Shown here piece after piece: positions 59,590 to 64,000 of a stretch of DNA of 64,000 bases. Origin of the DNA: an uncultured Actinomycetota bacterium (GTDB lineage Bacteria; Actinomycetota; Actinomycetes; Propionibacteriales; Nocardioidaceae); contig CAWIAZ010000014.1 in NCBI GenBank assembly GCA_963834285.1, positions 16,534 through 80,533 of the forward strand. The letters are read 5' to 3'. Each line of letters opens with the position of its first letter. The stretch's first letter is position 1. The notes under the pieces were generated by a model, which was not told the origin of the DNA, did no database searches, and saw only the letters and a list, made by a program, of their open reading frames with translations. A program made the translations under genes and the position numbers.

Positions 59590-60761
59590 GGCTTCGCTCC
59601 AGGCCGGGGCTCGCGGGGGAGGCCGAGGATCCGCTCGGCCACGATGTTGCGCTGGATCTCGTTGGTGCCGGCGTAGATCGGCCCGGACAGCGAGAACGTG
59701 TAGCCGTCGAGCCAGGTCGAGTCGACCTCGGCCTCGGGACCGAGCAGGTCGAGCGCGGTCTCGTGCAGCGCGATGTCGAGCTCGGACCAGAACACCTTGT
59801 TGACCGACCCGGCGGCGCCCATGTCGCCACCGCCCGCCAGCCGGGTCACCGTGCCCCAGGTGTAGAGCCGGTAGGCCTGCGCCCGGATCCAGGCGTCGAC
59901 GACGCGGTCGGCGACGCGGTCGGCGGCCGTGTCGCTCGCGAGCCCGCCGGGCGTCGCGCGGTAGAGGTCGACGAGCCGGTCGGCCGCGGCGCAGAAGCGC
60001 CCGGGGGAGCGCAGCGAGAGCCCGCGCTCGTTGCCGGCGGTCGACATGGCGACCCGCCAGCCGTCACCGGGGGCGCCGAGCACGTCGGCGTCCGGCACGA
60101 ACACGTCGGAGAAGAACACCTCGGCGAAGCCGGGCTCGCCGTCGAGCTGGGCGATCGGCCGCACCGTGACGCCGTCGGCGTCGAGGGGGAAGAGGAAGTA
60201 GGTCAGCCCGGCGTGCCGCTGCGCCTCGGGGTCGGAGCGGAAGAGGCCGAAGCCCCAGTGGGCCAGCGCCGCCCGCGAGCACCAGGTCTTCTGTCCGTCG
60301 AGCACCCAGCCGCCGCGCTCGTCGTCGCGGCGGGCGGTGGACGTCAGCGACGCCAGGTCGGACCCGGCCTCGGGCTCCGACCAGCACTGGGCCCACACCT
60401 GCTCGCCGGTGGCCATGGCGGGCAGGAAGCGGTCCTGCTGCTCGGGGGTGCCGTGGTCGAACAGGATCGGCGCCAGCAGGAAGATCCCGTTCTGGGAGAC
60501 CCGGCCCGGCGCGCCCGCGCGGTAGTACTCCTCCTCGAAGACCACCCACTCGACCAGCGAGGCCTCGCGACCGTGGTGGCTGCGCGGCCAGGACACCACC
60601 GACCAGCGGGCCTCGGCGAGCCGCGCCTCCCACTCCTGGTGGGCGCGGAAGCCGGCCGCGGTGTCCATCGAGGGCAGCGGCGTGGCCGGCACGTGGGTCG
60701 CCAGCCACTCCCGGGCCTCGGCCTGGAAGGCCAGCTCGTCGGGGGAGAGGGTCAGGTCCAT
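59586..60761 (-). CDS. Acyl-CoA dehydrogenase, FadE31-like
   Basis: WSEPEAGSDL, GQKTW and GPIYAGTNEIQRNIVAER. Confidence 0.85.
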   Translation of the reverse strand: MDLTLSPDELAFQAEAREWLATHVPATPLPSMDTAAGFRAHQEWEARLAEARWSVVSWPRSHHGREASLVEWVVFEEEYYRAGAPGRVSQNGIFLLAPILFDHGTPEQQDRFLPAMATGEQVWAQCWSEPEAGSDLASLTSTARRDDERGGWVLDGQKTWCSRAALAHWGFGLFRSDPEAQRHAGLTYFLFPLDADGVTVRPIAQLDGEPGFAEVFFSDVFVPDADVLGAPGDGWRVAMSTAGNERGLSLRSPGRFCAAADRLVDLYRATPGGLASDTAADRVADRVVDAWIRAQAYRLYTWGTVTRLAGGGDMGAAGSVNKVFWSELDIALHETALDLLGPEAEVDSTWLDGYTFSLSGPIYAGTNEIQRNIVAERILGLPREPRPGAKP

Positions 60762-60816
60762 CGGTCGTCCTTCGTCGCGGTGGTCGGCACGCTGGTCGGA
60801 GCCGGGGTGGCGGCGG

Positions 60817-62436
60817 TCACGGGCGGGCCCGGAGCTCGGCCTTGAGCACCTTGGAGGCGGCGTTGCGGGGGAGGTCGTCGACGAGCTCGACCCGGCGGGG
60901 CAGCTTGAAGTTCGCCAGCCGCGGCCGCAGGAACGCGACCAGCTCGTCCGGGTCCGGCGAGCGGCCGGCGCGGGGGACGACGAACGCCCGGCCGACCTCG
61001 CCCATCCGGGGGTCGGGCATGCCGACCACGGCGGCCTCGACGACGTCCTCGTGCCGGCCGAGCTCGGCCTCGACCTCGGCCGGGTAGACGTTGAAGCCGC
61101 CGGAGACGTACATGTCCTTGAGCCGGTCGGTGATCCGCATGTTGCCGGCGTCGTCGACGGTGCCGATGTCGCCGGTGTGCAGCCAGCCGTCCGCGTCGAT
61201 CGCCTCCGCGGTCGCCTCGGGGTCGTCGAGGTAGCCCTGCATCACCATCGAACCGCGCAGCAGCAGCTCGCCCTCCTCGCCGGGCGCCCGCTCGCTACCG
61301 GTGGTGGGGTCGACGACGCGCAGCTCCAGGCCGTCGACCGCGCGCCCGTTGGTGGTGGCGATGGTCGGCTCCGGGTCGCCGGGTCGGCACATCGTCGCGA
61401 CCACGCACTCGGTCATGCCGAACGCCGGGATCACCAGCTCGAAGGAGAGCTCGGTGAGCATCCGCTCGATCAGCCGGGGCGGGATGCTGGCCGCGCCCAT
61501 GTTGGCCAGCCGCAGCGACGAGGTGTCGGTGGTGGGGAACGCGGGCGCCTCCAGCAGGGAGTGGAAGATCGTCGGCGCCCCGGGCACGATCGTGAGCCGC
61601 TCGCGCTCGATCAGCGCCAGCGCCTCGTCGGCGTCGAAGGCCGCCACGGGGTAGAGGGCGCAGCCGGTGAGGAGCCCGGCGAGGATCCCGACCTTGTAGC
61701 CGTAGGCGTGGAAGAACGGGCTGATCACCAGGTAGCGGTCGGACTCGGTGACCTGGCAGGTCTCGGACCACACCCGGGCGGCGGCGAGCGTCTGCCGGTG
61801 GGAGGTGAGCACGCCCTTGGAGCGGCCGGTGGTGCCGGAGGTGAACAGGATGTCGGCGAGGTCGTCGGGCTCGACCGAGGTCGCGACGGAGTCGAGGTCG
61901 GCGACTCCCGCGCCCAGCGCGGCGAGGTCGCCGAACGGGGTCGCCGCGTCGGACGTGGACGCGGGCGTGGAGCCGGACGCGCTCTCGCCGATCCTCACCA
62001 CGGCGGCCACCTCGGGCAGGCCGGGCAGCACCGTGCCCCCCGCCGCCGGGTCGGCCTCCGCCGCCGCGGCGCGGAGCTCGGCGTGCTGGGAGCGGCCGAG
62101 GAAGCCGTCGGACAGCACCACCAGCCGGGCGCCGGAGCGGGCGACCAGGTCGGCCACCTCGGCTCCCTTGTAGCGGGTGTTGACCGGCACCAGGACCCCG
62201 CCCGCGTAGGTGACGGCGAGGCCGGCGACCACCCACTCCCAGGTGTTGGGCGCCCAGACGCAGACCCGGTCGCCGACCTCGAGGCCGAGGGAGCGGTAGC
62301 CGCGGGCCGCCTCGCGCACCGCGTCGTGGAGGTCGCGGAACGTCAACGTGGTGTCGCCGTCGACCACCGCCGGCCGGTCGCCGTGGACGGCCGCTGCGGC
62401 CCGGAGGGCGGCGGGCACGGTCTCGGGGTGGGTCAC
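60817..62436 (-). CDS. fadD3: FadD3-family acyl-CoA synthetase (HIP-CoA ligase-like)
   Basis: FTSGTTGRSKG, PFFH.YGYK.G, GWLHTGD and GGFNVYPAEVE; synteny with fadE30-33 and a KstR2 box. Confidence 0.75.
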   Translation of the reverse strand: MTHPETVPAALRAAAAVHGDRPAVVDGDTTLTFRDLHDAVREAARGYRSLGLEVGDRVCVWAPNTWEWVVAGLAVTYAGGVLVPVNTRYKGAEVADLVARSGARLVVLSDGFLGRSQHAELRAAAAEADPAAGGTVLPGLPEVAAVVRIGESASGSTPASTSDAATPFGDLAALGAGVADLDSVATSVEPDDLADILFTSGTTGRSKGVLTSHRQTLAAARVWSETCQVTESDRYLVISPFFHAYGYKVGILAGLLTGCALYPVAAFDADEALALIERERLTIVPGAPTIFHSLLEAPAFPTTDTSSLRLANMGAASIPPRLIERMLTELSFELVIPAFGMTECVVATMCRPGDPEPTIATTNGRAVDGLELRVVDPTTGSERAPGEEGELLLRGSMVMQGYLDDPEATAEAIDADGWLHTGDIGTVDDAGNMRITDRLKDMYVSGGFNVYPAEVEAELGRHEDVVEAAVVGMPDPRMGEVGRAFVVPRAGRSPDPDELVAFLRPRLANFKLPRRVELVDDLPRNAASKVLKAELRARP

Positions 62437-62461
62437 CGGAGCGCTCCTCGTGGCTCGACCA

Positions 62462-62475
62462 AACAAGTGCTTGGT
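62462..62475. promoter_or_regulatory. KstR2 operator
   Basis: AACAAGTGCTTGGT matches the established KstR2 consensus AnCAAGnnCTTGnT and lies between divergent fadD3 and fadE30. Confidence 0.85.
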
Positions 62476-62511
62476 AGGCTACCCTAGCGCCTGTCCGTCG
62501 AGAGGAACACC

Positions 62512-63714
62512 ATGGACCTGTCCTACTCCGCCGAGGAGCAGCACTTCCGCACCGAGGTGCGCTCCTGGCTGCAGGACAACCTCACCGGCGAGTTCGCCGC
62601 GCTCAAGGGGCTCGGCGGTCCGGGGCGCGACCACGAGGCGCACGAGGAGCGGCTGGCCTGGAACCGCCACCTCGCGGCCCACGGCTGGACGGCGCTCGGC
62701 TGGCCCGAGGAGCACGGCGGCCGCGGCCTGAGCCTGATGCAGCAGGTGATCTTCCACGAGGAGTACGCCCGCGCCGACGCCCCCGCGCGGGTCAACCACC
62801 TGGGGGAGGAGCTGCTCGGTCCGACGCTGATCGCCTGCGGCACCCCGGAGCAGCAGCGGCGCTTCCTGCCGGGGATCGTCGCCGCCGACGAGCTGTGGTG
62901 CCAGGGCTACTCCGAGCCCGGCGCCGGCTCCGACCTCGCCAACGTGCAGACCCGCGCCCGTCCCGACGGCGACCAGTGGGTCATCGACGGGCAGAAGGTG
63001 TGGACCTCGCTCGCGCAGTTCGCCCAGTGGTGCTTCGTGCTGGTGCGCACCGAGCCCGGCTCGACCCGCCACCACGGGCTCTCCTTCCTCCTCGTCCCGC
63101 TCGACCAGGACGGCGTCGAGGTGCGCCCGATCGAGCAGATCACCAGCGGCGCGGAGTTCAACGAGGTCTTCTTCACCGGCGCCCGCACCGACCTCGACCT
63201 CGTGGTCGGCGAGCCCGGCGACGGCTGGCGGGTGGCGATGACGCTGCTGGGGCTGGAGCGCGGCGTCTCCACGCTGGGTCAGCAGGTCGGCTTCGCCCGC
63301 GAGCTCGAGACGGTCGTCGAGCTGGCGCGGAGCAACGGCGCCTACGACGACCCGGTGCTGCGCGACCGGCTGGCGCAGTCGATGGTCGAGCTCGAGGTGA
63401 TGCGGGTCAACGCGCTGCGCGGCCTCTCCGCCCTCGCCACCGGCTCCTCCGCAGACGACGGAACCGGCGACGGGGCGGCCTCGATCGCCAAGCTGGTGTG
63501 GGCGGGCTGGCACCGGCGCCTGGGTGAGCTCGCGATGGAGGTCGCAGGTGCCGACGGGCTGACTGCCCGCGGGGCGCCGTACGACCTCGACCCGCTGCAG
63601 CGGCTCTTCCTCTTCTCGCGCTCCGACACGATCTACGGCGGCAGCGACGAGGTGCAGCGCAACATCCTGGCCGAGCGGGTGCTCGGCCTGCCACGCGAGC
63701 CCAAGGGAGCCTGA
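62512..63714 (+). CDS. Acyl-CoA dehydrogenase, FadE30/IpdE1-like
   Basis: GLGGPG..H, WCQGYSEPGAGSDL and LFSRSDTIYGGSDEVQRNI. Confidence 0.85.
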   Translation: MDLSYSAEEQHFRTEVRSWLQDNLTGEFAALKGLGGPGRDHEAHEERLAWNRHLAAHGWTALGWPEEHGGRGLSLMQQVIFHEEYARADAPARVNHLGEELLGPTLIACGTPEQQRRFLPGIVAADELWCQGYSEPGAGSDLANVQTRARPDGDQWVIDGQKVWTSLAQFAQWCFVLVRTEPGSTRHHGLSFLLVPLDQDGVEVRPIEQITSGAEFNEVFFTGARTDLDLVVGEPGDGWRVAMTLLGLERGVSTLGQQVGFARELETVVELARSNGAYDDPVLRDRLAQSMVELEVMRVNALRGLSALATGSSADDGTGDGAASIAKLVWAGWHRRLGELAMEVAGADGLTARGAPYDLDPLQRLFLFSRSDTIYGGSDEVQRNILAERVLGLPREPKGA

Positions 63715-64000
63715 TGACCACCGAACGAGCCGTGCTGCCCGCGCCCGACTACGTGCCCGGCCACGACCTGCTGGCCGGCAAGGTGGTCGTGGTCACCGCG
63801 GCGGCCGGGGCCGGCATCGGCGCCGCCGTCGTCCGCCGGGCGCTCGAGGAGGGCGCCCGGGCCGTGGTGTTCAGCGACACCCACGAACGCCGCCTGGCCG
63901 AGGCCGAGGTCGCGCTGGCCGAGGAGTTCGGCGCCGACCGCGTGCGCCAGCTGGTCTGCGACGTGACCGACGAGACGCAGGTCGAGGCGCTGCTCGACGT
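63714..64000 (+). CDS. SDR oxidoreductase, IpdF (Rv3559c)-like, 3' truncated by window edge
   Basis: Hand-translated MTTERAVLPAPDYVPGHDLLAGKVVVVTAAAGAGIG...SD.HERRL...CDVT. Confidence 0.8.
   Translation, partial: MTTERAVLPAPDYVPGHDLLAGKVVVVTAAAGAGIGAAVVRRALEEGARAVVFSDTHERRLAEAEVALAEEFGADRVRQLVCDVTDETQVEALLD

Noticed and set aside
57530-59830. 766-aa acyl-CoA dehydrogenase
   Set aside because: Only 57530-58606 is coding; the upstream part overlaps neighbouring genes in an off frame.

Overview
This is very high-GC actinobacterial DNA, most consistent with a Nocardioides-like organism (inferred from gene content, codon style and the polA-rpsA-coaE synteny). Many genes, including the normally conserved polA, are split by single-base frameshifts. 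These look like sequencing or assembly indels, so split genes are given as reconstructed spans. Gene order: branched-chain amino-acid ABC transporter; polA; an approximately 13.6-kb cell-envelope glycan locus (HHxxxDG acyltransferase, methyltransferase, AftD/DUF3367-like protein, GT-C-like protein, GT4, flippase, and homologs of mycobacterial Rv0224c-Rv0227c and Rv0236A); rpsA; a secreted Ca-binding-repeat protein flanked by two unannotated paralogous small membrane proteins that share an identically spaced 73-bp four-box operator, next to a GlxA/AdpA-type AraC regulator; an amino-sugar/peptidoglycan-recycling operon (GHL10 hydrolase, GntR, ABC transporter, nagZ, kinase, anmK, nagA); a palindromic repeat cluster; coaE; a group 2 sigma factor; ptrB; a candidate structured sRNA of about 200 nt preceded by a phased DnaA-box-like array; dinB; and the start of the KstR2 steroid C/D-ring degradation cluster. 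The best novelty candidates are the sRNA with its box array, the twin small-protein regulon and the remodelled aftD locus.
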